DNA of 64,000 bases. Source: Felis catus. Lineage: Eukaryota. Of the stretch, positions 1-13,092 are shown in pieces. Position 1 is the first letter of the stretch, and the number at the start of each line of letters is the position of its first letter. Below the pieces are notes generated by a model. It worked only from the letters and a program-made list of their open reading frames with translations. It was not told where the DNA came from and did not search any database. The position numbers were made by a program, and so were the translations under genes. The DNA is taken from positions 110,486,001 through 110,550,000 of the forward strand of contig NC_058373.1 in assembly GCF_018350175.1 (NCBI RefSeq), read 5' to 3'.

Positions 1-2525
1 TTATCTTTTTATTTTAGAGAGAGAGAGCACACACAAACAGGGGAGAGGGGCAGAGAAAGAGAGAATCTTTTTTTTAAAGTTTATTTATTTTGAGAGATAG
101 AGAAAAGAGAGAGAGAGAGAACCAGCAGGGGAGGGGCAGAGAAAGAGGGAGACAGAGGATACAAAGTAAGTTCTGAGCTGTCGGCACAGAGCCCAACATG
201 GGGCTTAAACTCACAAACCTTGACATCATGACCTGAGCTATAAAGTCTGATGTTTAACTGACTGGAGCCACCCAGGTGCCCCGAGAAAGAGAGAATCTCT
301 TTGATGCAGGGCTGGATCCCATGACCCTGGGATCATGACCTGAGCTAAAATCAAGAGTCAGGTGCTCAACTGATTGAGCCACCCAGACACCCCAAAATTA
401 TTAATAACTGTAGTAATTATTAATAACTGCATCAATACAAACAAAGCAAAAGAAGTAACAAAAGAAAGCAGTATAATTCAATTCAAATCAACTTTCAAAA
501 CCGATAAAAATATGGATTAGGGATACATGTATGGGTGATTAACTAGGAAAAGAAACAAGGAATGACAGATGCAAAATTCAAAACATCTACTACTTTGAGG
601 TTTAGGTGGGAGGAAAGGGATTTAGTTAGGAAGGGGCACACAGGAAGCGGATAAGGCAGTGTTCTGTGAAACTAGGGAGTAAGTTCATAGGTATTTGAAC
701 TTACTTATTTGAAGATAGGTATCTCTTTTTTTTTTTTTAGGTTTTTTTATTTTGTTTTTGTTTTTGTTTTTTTTTAGATCCTTATTTATTTTTGAGACAG
801 AGCATGAGCAGGGAAGGGGCAGAGAGAAAGACACACAGAATCCGAAGCAGGTTCCAGGCTCTGACTTGTCAGCACAGAGCCCGACGCGGGGCCCAACTCA
901 CAAACCATGAAATCATGACCTGAGCCGAAGTTAGACACTTAACCAACTGAGCTACCCAGGTGTCCCAGTCTTTTTATTCCCTTTTAAGACTAAAGCTAAT
1001 ATAGTTAGCTTTCAGGATTTAAGAAAGTCATGTACAAAAAATAAGCATTAGGGTGCCTGGGTGGCTCAGTCGGTTAAGCGGCCGACTTCGGCCCAGGTCA
1101 TGATCTCGTGGTCCGTGAGTTTGAGCCCCGTGTCAGGCTCTGTGCTGACAGCTCAGAGCCTGGAGCCTGTTTCAGATTCTGTGTCTCCCTCTCTGTGACC
1201 CTCCCCCGTTCATGCTTTGTCTCTCTCTGTCTCAAAAATAAATAAACACTAAAAAAAATTTTTTTTTAAAAACAAAAAACAAAAAATAAGCATTATTTTT
1301 CCTTGCAATATCACTGAGACTTAAAACACCAATAATAGGGGCGCCTGGGTGGCTCAGTCGGTTAAGCATCCGACTTCGGCTCAGGTCATGATCTCGCGGT
1401 CCGTGGGTTTGAGCCCCACGTCGGGCTCTGTGCTGACAGCTCAGAGCATGCAGCCTGTTTCAGATTCTGTGTCTCCCTCTCTCTGACCCTCCCCCATTCA
1501 TGCTTTGTCTCTCTCTGTCTCAAAAAATAAATAAACATTAAAAAAAATTAAAATAAAATAAAATAAAATAAAACAACAATAATAAAAATAAAAATAACTA
1601 TTATTTCCAGTTAGGCTTTTGGTTCATAAAAATAAGCAATATACAACTTACAATTTATTTTTTGTATATAGTTCTTTCAAATACAGTTTGAAAACTTTTT
1701 ATTTCATAGTTTAAAAGATATGGATAAGGAGGCATGCCATAAAAGAATACGCAACTGCGGCTTGTATATATACAGAAATTAAAATATATAAAAAATGTGA
1801 TATATTAATTTGTGATGAAATTCTATGCAGCAGTTAACGTTCACAGACTAAACTAATGTGAATCAAAAAGAACAACTTTCAAAAACATAAGACTGATGGG
1901 GCGCCGGGGTGGCTCAGTCGGTTAAGCGTCCGACTTCAGCTCAGGTCATGATCTCGCGGTCCATGAGCTCGAGCCCCGCGTCAGGCTCTGTGCTGACAGC
2001 TCAGAGCCTGGAGCCTGTTTCAGATTCTGTGTCTCCCTCTCTCTGACCCTCCCCCATTCATGGTCTGTCTCTCTCTGTCTCAAAAATAAATAAACGTTAA
2101 AAAAAAAATTAAAAAAAAAACAAACATAAGATTGAATGCAAATAGCATGGCAGAAAGTTATGTCTAGAATACCATTTATGTAATTTTTTAAGTGCCCAAA
2201 ACATTAAAAGCCTTCATATATATGCAAGAACATAAAGATTATATATACACTTAGTTCACAAGAGTTCTCTCTCAAAATGAAAAAAAAAAAAAGGCCCAAG
2301 ATGGCCAAATAACACTTTCACAGAGGTTTGTAATAGCAGCTGCCTGGGGCACCTGAGTGGCTCTGTTGGCTGAGTGTCCAACTCTTGGTATCAGGTGGGG
2401 TCATGATCTCACATTTCCCCTAACCAGGCTCTGTGCTGACAGTGCAGAGCCTGCTTAGGCTTCTCTCTCCCTCTTGATCTCTGCCCCTCCCCCACCTCAA
2501 AATAAATAGTTAAAAAAAAAAAAAA
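1..2525. mobile_element. Cluster of about 7 tRNA-derived Can-SINEs (approx. 1-393 nested pair -, 727-966 -, 1051-1280 +, 1337-1575 +, 1898-2120 +, 2346-2525 +)
   Basis: Head GGGGCGCCTGGGTGGCTCAGTCGGTTAAGCG (A box), B-box-like GTTCGAGCCC, (CT)n tract and A-rich tail; several have TSDs. Confidence 0.92.
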
Positions 2526-3931
2526 GCAGCTTCCCTAACACCTCCATATCTCACCACCCCAGACCCTGGGGGTGCTCACCCCACCTCAGTCTAGTATCCA
2601 AGATACCTAATGCTCAACAGCAGAAACTCCAAGGCCTGTCCCAGTGCTAGGAATGGCAAAGATTCTTACTGGTTGATGTCTGATCTTGTTAAAATTTTTA
2701 TATCATCCGTCTCGAGAGCTGGGGATGGGATCAAAAGTTACACAATGGTCGTCAACTGTTACCAGTCAAGTTTGATCTCTTTTAAAAGAAGAAGTGAAGC
2801 AAACTGGGGGGGGGGGGGTCAAATATAAATCTGTGCAATGGGTACGTGTGTATATACATGTATATGTAACATTTCTTTATCCATTCATCCACAACTTATT
2901 TTTACTGTAAAACATTTCCTCTCCTAGCAAAGCAACTAAGCTTGTGATTCTCATTTAACCCCAATATGGGGAGTAGGAAATAAACTACGCTAGTCTGCAT
3001 TTTCACCCCAAGCTCAGACTTCATCCCCGAAGAGCTGTATGCTAAAGACAAGGTGGATCTTTCCAGTGATCTTAAAAACATCAATGGAAGGGACATCAAC
3101 TGATCCAAGAGGATATGAAACCTTCAGAAAGATTCTCATTAGGGTCTAGCCCTAATAAAACAAGGCTGTAAACCAAGGAGGTAATATGGTGCATTTGGAG
3201 GTAATATGGTAAAAGGTAACAGGACTCAAGACTACTTAGTTCTGCCCCCAAATCTCTGTGGCCTCTCTAGTGCTGCTTCCTAATTTGGAAAATGATAGAG
3301 TTGGATCAAATTAATTCAGAGGCCCGTTAGAGTCTATTTTTATATTGTTTTGGGATTATTGGGCCTCAGTGAAATGTCAGAACCACCAAAAAGGCAAATA
3401 TAAACAAAATCCACTTTGAGGTTCCATTAGATTTAGTTGCTTCACTGTTCCTTATTCTAGAGTCAAGCCAGGAATCAAAAGAAATGAGAGTTCATTTGAC
3501 CTCACATCTTAGATCAGTCACTAGCAAAGACATAAAAGGGTGCTCGCACAGGCAGGTGGGCAAACAGAACTGGACTTTCCTTTCTCCTGGCCCTCAACTG
3601 TGCAGGAGTTGTTGTACCTCTGTCTTCTAAGAACAGGGCAAAAAAATAAATGCCAGCGTACAACTCACCACTGGGCTATTTTTCTGAGATGTGTGAGCTG
3701 ATAGATGCTTGGCTTTTGATGGCTTAGCCTCGTGGAGCCCTTTGCTTCGGCCAGTAGCAAGGCTTCCTGGATCTGAGTGGTTTAAAAACTGGAGAGGGCC
3801 TGACATGTTGGAGATAAAAGAAGCATGAAACAGATCTAGTAATGGTGATCTGAGGTGCTTCCAAGGAGAGTCTGCATAGAGCAGTCAGGAATTGCTGCTG
3901 AGGTATGCCCAGCATCTATAACAATGTCTTT

Positions 3932-5081
3932 TTTTTTTTTTTTTCATTTTGACTATTTTATTTTATTTATTTTTTTATCTTAAATATTTTTTTATATGAA
4001 ATTTATTGACAAATTGGTTTCCATACAACACCCAGTGCTCATCCCAAAAGGTGCCCTCCTCAATACCCATCACCCACCCTCTCCTCCCTCCCACCCCCCA
4101 TCAACCCTCAGTTTGTTCTCAGTTTTTAACAGTCTCTTATGCTTTGGCTCTCTCCCACTCTAACCTGTTTTTTTTTTTTTTTTCCTTCCCCTCCCCCATG
4201 GGTTCCTGTTAATTTCTCAGGGTCCACATAAGAGTGAAACCATATGGTATCTGTCTCTCTCTGTATGGCTTATTTCACTTAGCATCACACTCTCCAGTTC
4301 CATCCACGTTGCTACAAAAGGCCATATTTCATTTTTTCTCATTGCCACGTAATATTCCATTGTGTATATAAACCACAATTTCTTTATCCATTCATCAGTT
4401 GATGGACATTTAGGCTCTTTCCATAATTTGGCTATTGTTGAGAGTGCTGCTATGAACATTGGGGTACAAGTGGCCCTATGCATCAGTACTCCTGTATCCC
4501 TTGGATAAATTCCTAGCAATGCTATTGCTGGGTCATAGGGTAGGTCTATTTTTAATTTTCTGAGGAACCTCCACACTGCTTTCCAGAGTGGCTGCACCAA
4601 TTTGCATTCCCACCAACAGTGCAAGAGGGTTCCCGTTTCTCCACATCCTCTCCAGCATCTATAGTCTCCTGATTTGTTCATTTTGGCCACTCTGACTGGC
4701 GTGAGGTGATACCTGAGTGTGGTTTTGATTTGTATTTCCCTGATAAGGAGCGATGCTGAACATCTTTTCATGTGCCTGTTGGCCATCCGGATGTCTTCTT
4801 TAGAGAAGTGTCTATTCATGTTTTCTGCCCATTTCTTCACTGGGTTATTTGTTTTTCGGGTGTGGAGTTTGGTGAGCTCTTTATAGATTTTGGATACTAG
4901 CCCTATGTCCGATATGTCATTTGCGAATATCTTTTCCCATTCCGTTGGTTGCCTTTTAGTTTTGTTGGTTGTTTCCTTTGCTGTGCAGAAGCTTTTTATC
5001 TTCATAAGGTCCCAGTAATTCACTTTTGCTTTTAACTCCCTTGCCTTTGGGGATGTGTCGAGTAAGAGATTGCTACGGCTG
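3932..5081 (-). mobile_element. 5'-truncated young LINE-1 (feline type): ORF2 C-terminus, 3'UTR and polyA
   Basis: ORF 4217-5081 is the L1 ORF2 C-terminus with the CCHC-type knuckle [18 protein letters not shown]. Perfect 15-bp TSD TATAACAATGTCTTT at 3917-3931 and 5082-5096. T-rich tail on the left. Confidence 0.97.
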
Positions 5082-6942
5082 TATAACAATGTCTTTAGGA
5101 AGGTTCCACTTCAGATCCACACACCTTAGCCAGACTTGAGAAGGAGATGCCTGCTGAACCTGTTGCTGGGAGACAAGGCAGATCTACCTTCTAAAGATCA
5201 AATCATGGTTTAAATTGTAACTGGTGGAAACGGCCTGCTAACGTATATATATGTGCTCACATTTAAATGCTACTTATGAATCATATCTATGGAAATAAGA
5301 CTTGCAAATAGCCTTCATTTTCAGTTTCTCTACCTATCAGGATCCCTAACTATATCCCTCTGGATTCAGCCAAAAGATAAAAAGTCTAACATGAGTTCAC
5401 AATGTAGCATCTGATAACTCAGAGTGCTCTTTTTGCCCCAGCAGAATGTAACTTTACACTATAATTTTCATAAATTCAATTTCCCAAGAACTTCAGTACT
5501 GCCTTAAATCCATATTCCCTACTCAGTTCAACTTCATATATTCTCTTTCTTTTCTAACGTTAAAGTAAAGGCAAGAGTGGAAAGCCATCTTCCAAATTAA
5601 TGTTCACATTTTATTAGACAATAAGAGATTTCTTTATTCAGAAAAGGAGATTTCTTTTTTGAGATCAGGGGATGTATGAGGGAAGGGGAGGAGAAAGCCA
5701 CATTTAGAAAAACTGAAGGCCAGAGGGCTGCATGTAAGTGGGGTATGTGTTTCTTTGGCTGGTTGGTATCTCCCAGGAAATTAAACTTTCCTAGATTAAA
5801 GGCATTTTCACAGAGAGAAAAAAAAAAAAAATCAAGATGTGTGACTTTAATAACATGGAACAGAAAGCATGAAGGCCTGATTTTATTCACTAACCCTGAA
5901 ATCCATTTTGAAATTCCTGTATTATTTCATTCTTTTGATATTTAAGGTAATTACTAAAGTACAAATATCTCTGAGGCACCTGGATGGCTCAGTGGGTGCA
6001 GCATGTGACTTGATCTGAGAGTTGTGAGTTTAAGCCCCATGTTGGGTGTAGAGATTACTTAATAAAATCTTAAAAAATAAATAAAGTGCAAATATCTCTA
6101 ATGAGACTTTAGAGTTTTCCTCATTCTTATCATTTAATACCTACAATCATTACTACATTCCTTTTCTAAGAACCAAAGAAGAGAATTGAAAAACAACTTA
6201 AGTTTTGGTGAATGAAAAGGGAGAATAAATAGCTCCTAAATTCTGGAACAAAAATGATAGTGGAGACAAATGTCTCCGTAAGAAATCTAGGGGCACCTGG
6301 GTGGCTTAGTCAGTTAAGCATCTGACTTCGGCTCATGATCTCACGGCTCATGAGTTCAAGCCCCATGACAGGCTCTGTGCTGACAGCTCAGAGCATGGAG
6401 CCTGCTTCAGATTCTGTTCCGTGTCTCTCTTTGCTCCTCCCCTGCTCATGCACTGTCTCTCTCTCTCTCTCTCTCAAATATATAAATTTTTTTTAAAGAA
6501 TTCTATCCTTTACTTTCATTTCCTTACATTTTATGAAAATTATGCTCTATTAAAAACAAAGTTACTTAATGAGTTTCATTCATATTGCTTCTAAAAACCT
6601 GGCTATATTATTATGTGGACCAAACTATACCTCCAAAAGCATGAACATATAAATTCTTCAGTATCAGTTCAAATACCACCTCAGTCCCCAATTCCTGCAA
6701 GGTAAGGGTAATCTCTTTCTCTAACTCTTGTAGTGTATGATCTACACCTTCCTTTCAACTGTTAACTCATTCAATGTTGGATTATGTAAAAATATTATCT
6801 CTCCTACTACATTAAAGGTACCTAAGAGCAGGATCTATTTCTGGTTTATCTCTATCATCTCAAGAGTAGGCACAAAAATTACACATTGAACAACTAAAGA
6901 ACCCAACAGAAAAAAAAAAATTCCTTAATACAAAGTTAACTC

Positions 6943-7163
6943 GGGGCGCCTGGGTGGCGCAGTCGGGTAAGCGTCCGACTTCAGCCAGGTCACGATCTCG
7001 CGCTCCGTGAGTTCGAGCCCCGCTTCGGGCTCTGGGCTGATGGCTCGGAGCCTGGAGCCTGTTTCCGATTCTGTGTCTCCCTCTCTCTCTGCCCCTCCCC
7101 CGTTCATGCTCTGTCTCTCTCTGTCCCAAAAATAAATAAACGTTGAAAAAAAATTTTTTTTTA
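6943..7163 (+). mobile_element. Young feline SINE (SINEC_Fc-type)
   Basis: CpG-rich full-length copy with perfect 16-bp TSD AATACAAAGTTAACTC at 6927-6942 and 7164-7179. Confidence 0.95.
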
Positions 7164-8414
7164 AATACAAAGTTAACTCATATGGGTAATAGTACTGTTT
7201 CCCCAAACTAACCTTATATAATAAAAATGTATTAGGAGACTACACAAAATAGAGCAATATGACAGAATTATTCTGTGACGAGAGGTTCCTAGATGACTAA
7301 TCTGTTTTTCTATTCATTTAAAAGATGTATCAATACTTTAAATGAGAAAAGATACAGTATGCTACACTTCACTATGCTTCAGAGTGTAAAAACCATACAT
7401 TTTTACCATATCAAACACAAGAGAAAAGTCCGAATTTAAGTTCAATTCCCAGAAGAAACTTGAATTGTCCAAGGTGAGTGGCAGCCTGGCACGATTTGCC
7501 AGTAGAATGTTTGCACAACAAAGAAGCTGTTTCTAGGTGAACGCATCACAGAACTCCAAGGAAGGGAAAAGTCCTTCCAAAGTGATGCAGTAAGGTAGCC
7601 CATGACTATTTCCGTAATTAATGACGTGAAAGCACAAAGCGATTTTCATCCAGCACTAGTAAACCTAAGAACTCTGAAGAAAGTGATTCCCCTGAAAGTA
7701 AACCTTCCAGAAAATTTGGGGTCTTTTGTGAAATTCTTGAAATAGGTGAAACTTTTGTCTCCAATACCTCATCCAGGGAAGAAGTACTTTGAGAGGAAAA
7801 CATGATTTGATTCAATCTACTATTTCTAAAGCAGAAGATGATTTGTCTGCAAAACTGATATTCTAATTCTAAGCAAATACTTTTTTACACTAGAGAAAGT
7901 GTGTCCCTAATATGCTTTTTTTTTTTTTTTTTAAGAAGCCACCCAGACCATGTCCCTTTCTTCTTAATCGCTCAAAGGAGGAAAAGAACCATCACCAAGG
8001 GTAAAAAGCAGCTGTAAAAGCAACACCAAAGCCAGCTTCATACTCAGGAAAGGACACTGCACCTCCTCCCTGTGGTTGTAGGTACTCTACATGTTCAGAG
8101 AAACTTCTCTAGTAATGAACTACAGAAATGATCCCTGGGCACCTGGGTGGCTCAGGTCATGATCTCATATTTCGTGAGTTCAAGTTCCACATTCAGCTCT
8201 CCGCTGTCAGAGCGGAGCCTGCTTCAGATCCTCTGTTCCCATCTCTTTCTGCCCCTCCCCCACTTGCGTGCACATGCTCTCTCTCAAATAAACATTAAAA
8301 AAATTAAAAAAAAAAAAAAAAAAGAAATGATCCCTGAAAGTATAGTCTTCCTGTTATGTGTTCTTGATACCAGAACCATTGGGATTATACTTTAAATGTC
8401 ATCTTCTCATCTTC

Positions 8415-8593
8415 TTGGTTCTCAGCTCTGCCTGCACATTAGAATCTCAATGAAAACTTTTAAAAAAGTACTGATACCCTGATCCCACCCCAAATTCTGA
8501 CTTAATTGGTCTACACTGGAGCCTATGCATAACTTTTTTTCCTCTAAGGCTACACAAGTAATTTTAGTGTTGCTTTAGGGTTGAGAATGACTG
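8415..8593. mobile_element. MER5A-like hAT MITE
   Basis: ggttctca...ctgcacattagaatc...ttctgacttaattggtct...ggttgagaatgactg. Confidence 0.65.
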
Positions 8594-9489
8594 TTGTACT
8601 ATCTTCATTTATAAATAATAAAAATGAGGCAGCACAAAGTGATATTCATTGGAATGAGAGTAATAGTTAATGACTAACCTTAGAAAATAAGCAATATAAT
8701 TTTCCCCTAAAACAAGGTTTTAAAAATTATATCCCTAAGCAGCAGGAATAGAATCATGAACAAGACAGTAAATGTATTACAAAGCTTACATTCTGGTGGA
8801 AAAAGTGAACAAGTATATAAATAAGATTATTTTACATAGTGATAAGAGTTGTGAATAAAATAGGCTAATGTGACAGTTATGAGTTAAATGAGTAGGCAGG
8901 CAGCTTTTGATAGTATACTCAAAGAAGGCCTGTTTTACATATATTAACATAAATTAAATCATATTATAGATTTTATTGAATAACCTGAGTTTATCATTTA
9001 ACAAAATGTGAAAGCTATCTTACACATCAATATGCATCCATTACATATCTATTGCTCCTTTAACCACTGTATCCGTCCTGATGAAGATTTTTTTACTACT
9101 GAAATCAACACTGTGAGGAACACTTTTATACATTTGTACACTTTTATACTCCAGGATAAATTCCTACAAGTGAAATTACAAGGTTAAAGAAAGCATACAT
9201 TTAAGTTTCTGATAGATAGTATCAGATTGTCCTCAAAAAGGTTGGAGCAAATGGAGCTTCTGCAAAAGGTTGCATTTTTTTCAAGCAACTGCCATTAAGA
9301 TCATTTGAATAAAAATATTTTGTCTTTCTATTCTCTGTGAAATTATTGATTCTCAATCTTTACCTGATCTGACCAATTTGCAATATATTTGAGTTACCCC
9401 TTTTCCCATAAAACTCTTTACCTGTCTTCTAAAGCGGTATGCCTCCGTGGTTTTCCTCATAACACACTGGACTCTGCTTTCTTAAAAAA

Positions 9490-11695
9490 ATTGTGTTAAT
9501 GTTTATTATTTATTTTTGAGAGAGACTCAGCATGAGCAGGCGAGGGTCAGAGAGAGAGGGAGACACAATCTGAAGCAGGCTCCAGGCTCTGAGCCCAACA
9601 CAGGGCTCGAAACAATGAATCATGAGAACATGACCTGAGCTGATGCTTAACAGACTGAGCCACCCAGGTGCCCCTGAACCTTGCTTTTCTTCTTTTTTTT
9701 TTTTTTTTCCAACCGTTTTGTTTGTTTGTTTTTAAATTTTTGGGACAGAGAGAGACAGCATGAACGGCGGAGGGGCAGAGAGAGAGGGAGACACAGAATC
9801 GGAAACAGGCTCCAGGCTCTGAGCCATCAGCCCAGAGCCCGACGCGGGGCTCGAACTCACGGACCGCGAGATCATGACCTGGCTGAAGTCGGACGCTTAA
9901 CCGACTGCGCCACCCAGGCGCCCCTGAACCTTGCTTTTCAATCTGCTCTCCAGGTTCTTCCTCATCTTCTTGAATTCTAAACACTGAAATGTCCTGGGGG
10001 TCAGTTCTTGGTCCTTTACCTACACCCATTCCCTTCATGGGCTCTTATCTAATCTCATGGACTTAAATATCTATTTCATTTGGATGTCTAAGAAGTCTTT
10101 GAAAACATCTAAAACTGAATTAAAATTCAAAACCTGCTCCTGCCACAGAGCTGTCTTATTTCAATTCAATATATGACAACTCCGTCTTTCCAGTTGCTCG
10201 AACCAAATCCACTCTCTTACACCCCAATTTCTTCTTTTCAAACAGGTTTCTGCCCAAGTCAGATTCCCCAGAGAAGCCTTTCTTACCACATTTCTAAAAC
10301 AGTACTTTCCTGCCTCTTAACCACCATTGCCCATCCTCTCAGCTTGTCTATTATTATTTTTTTTGTTTTTTTAAAAATTTAATGTTTATTTATTTTGAGA
10401 GAGAGAAAGTGCGAGCAGGGGAGGGGCAAAGAGAGAGAGGGAGACACAGAATCCAAAGCAGGCTCTAGGCTCTGAGCTGTCTGCACAGGGCCCGACGCAG
10501 GGCTCGAACTCACACGCCGTGAGATCATGACTGAGTCGAAGTCAGATGCTCAAACGACTGAGCCACCCAGGCGCCTCTCAGCTTGTCTATTTTTAAAAAA
10601 TGATATGTCAATATCTAAAATTAGAGCATATATTTCTTTAATTGGTCATTGTTTTGTTACCAGAATATTAGCTGGGGACAGGAAATTCATTGTTTCACTA
10701 TGGTATCTCTAGCACCCTGAGCAGTAATTTTTTTTTTAAGTTTGTATTTATTTTTGAGAAGGAGTGAGAGAGAATCCCAAGCAGGCTCTACGCTGACAGC
10801 ACAGAGCCCAACATGAGGCTCAATCCCACAAACTATGAGATCAAAACCTGAGCCAAAATCAAGAGTTGGATGCCACCCAGGCACCCCAGTATTTTTTGTT
10901 GTTAGCACAGTAGCCACTCAATAACCATTTGTTCAATGAATGAATGAATGATATAGGTCACATAAAGATATTTTTATTGAAAACCAGGTTGTTGAGGTGG
11001 AAAAGACAATATATTTAGAGACGAAGCATCAAGGTTTGGGGCCTGTCCCAGGCACAGCTATATAGCATTGGGCAAGTTATCCTTCAAAGTCTATTTCTCC
11101 AGCTGTAAATTGGGGTTTTGCCATCTTCCTCAGCAAACAAGACAGCTGAAATAGTCAATATGTACTTGGTATTATAAGCCACAAAAGTTTCACTACCTGC
11201 AATTTACCAGGAACATTTGCTTCAATTTTCCTCTTAATTTTACTTGTTTAGGTCAAACCCAATATAAGGGTATGTGTTCAGAGGTCCTCATATTAAGTTA
11301 CTACATTACATCACTATATTATATATTATTTAAAAAAATTTTTTTTAAATGTTTATTTATTTTTGACAGAGAGAGAGACTGAGCACGAGCGGGGGAGGGG
11401 CAGAGAGAGAAGGAGACACAGAATCGAAGCAGGCTCCAGGCTCCAAGCTGTCAGCACAGAGCCCATGCGATCCCGAACTCACGAACCGTGAGATCATGAC
11501 CTGAGCCGAAGTCGGAAGCTCAAATGACTCAGCCACCCAGGCGCCCCTATTATTATTTTTTTAAGTAGGCTCCATGGTCAGCATGGAGCCCAACACGGAG
11601 CCCAACACGGAGGCTGAACTCACAACCCTGAGATCATGACCTGAGCTGAGGTCAAAAGTTGGACACCCAACTGACTGAGACACCCAGGCACCCCC
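9490..11695 (-). mobile_element. Cluster of six minus-strand Can-SINEs (approx. 9490-9674, 9690-9924, 10355-10575, 10728-10887, 11330-11547, 11555-11695)
   Basis: Reverse-complement SINE heads (...ccacccaggcgcccc) and T-rich tails. Confidence 0.9.
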
Positions 11696-12134
11696 ATATT
11701 ATGTATTAAGTTGTACTTCTATTTTGTCTACTTGTGCAAACTTTAAGAATGGTAAAGTAAATACAATTACTAGAAAAAAATTCACCAAAAAAAATTTAAT
11801 TCTACTGGTGGTGGTTGTACAAGTCTGTAAATCAACCAAAAATCATTCAGTTGTACACTTAAATCAGGTGAATTTTATGGCATATAAATTATATCTCAAT
11901 AAAACTGTTAATAAAACAAAAAAGAGATTCTCTGACTCTCTATATAAGGCTACTGTAAAATATCCTCGGAATTTAGGAATAAGGCCAAAGTCACCTACCA
12001 AAAGCCCAAAATTAAAAAAAAAAAGAAAGAAAAAAGGTCAGAAGATGAGCTCTGCCATTAGTTGAAGCATGCCACTGTAAAAGATGTTTTATAAGAAACC
12101 CAGATATTTGGTCAATCCAAAATGACCTGAACAA

Positions 12135-12742
12135 AATCACTATCTCAAAGAGGTATCTGCACCCTCCTGTTCAATGAAGCATTATTTACAATAGTCAATA
12201 TATGGAAACAACTTATTCCCATGGAAGAATGGATAAAGAGAATGTTACACACAATCCAACCCACCTACCCACAAGACTATTAAAAAAGGAAATCCTGCCT
12301 TTTAGGATAACGTGGACCTTGAGGGCATAGGCTAAATGAAGTTAAGGGACAGAAAAATACTGATATCATTTATATGTGGATCTAAAAAAGCCTACTTCAT
12401 AGGAATAGAATGGTGATTGCCAGGGGGTAGGGGAAATGGGGCGATCTAAGGGTATAAATTTACAGCGATTAAGAAAAGTTCTGGGGATCCAATGTACAGC
12501 ATGGTGACTACAACCAACAACCATCAATACTGTATTATACACTTGAAAGTTAAGGGAGTAAACCTTAAATGTTATTGTCACACACAAACTACTGTCATTA
12601 TGTGAGAATGGAGATGTTAACTAACCTTCTTGTGGTAATTATTTCATAACATACACGGGGATCAAATCATTATTCTACATTTTAAGCTTACATGGATTGT
12701 ATGTTAATTATCTGTCAGTAAAACTGGGGGTAAAAAATAAAG
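12135..12742 (+). mobile_element. Old L1 3' end fragment (L1MA/L1_Carn-like)
   Basis: Degenerate ORF2 end and 3'UTR motifs (gcattatttacaatagtcaa, ttctggggatccaatgtacagcatggtgacta, caaatcattattctac) followed by an A-rich end. Confidence 0.75.
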
Positions 12743-13092
12743 GAAGTGATCAGAACAACTTAACTTTACAGCTACACCGGGATGACCGCACAGTAAGAAC
12801 GCAGCTAGTTTCTAGAGCTGAGCGGACAAACGCCCCATCCCGCTTCCGGAGTGGAGCCTGCGGGGAGGGAGTGTCCCCTCCGTGGGTCACTTGGCGCCTA
12901 GTTCAAGCAGCGTCCGTCCTCACCAACCCTAGATCTTCGCAGGGGAGCTGACAAAATTTAGGCTTGCTGAGCCGACGACCCTCCTTGCTTGCACTGACCG
13001 ACCCCGAGGTTACCCCGGCCGCTTGGGGACTGGCGGCGCTTCAGCTCAGAGGGGGTCTCACCCAGAGCGCTTCGACCTTGGCTGAGTAGGAG

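Larger units (their letters stand above)
2670..8041 (-). pseudogene. Candidate decayed gene head-to-head with MTHFD1 (TEX21-like by synteny)
   Basis: Non-repeat segments with minus-strand splice signals at 7943-8041, 7407-7846, 3669-5190 (split by L1) and 2670-2778, all with stops. The identity is inferred only from the recalled human/mouse gene order ESR2-TEX21(P)-MTHFD1. Confidence 0.45.

Noticed and set aside
2990..3145. Another possible minus-strand exon of the upstream fossil gene (MRIFLKVSYPLGSVDVPSIDVFKITGKIHLVFSIQLFGDEV*)
   Set aside because: The acceptor and donor could not be fixed with confidence.
3177..3210. Direct repeat GGAGGTAATATGGT x2
   Set aside because: Small local slippage duplication with no associated structure.
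4217..5089. 290-aa ORF as a host gene
   Set aside because: It is the L1 ORF2 C-terminus. The apparent start is a non-ATG codon inside the TSD, and the element is 5'-truncated.
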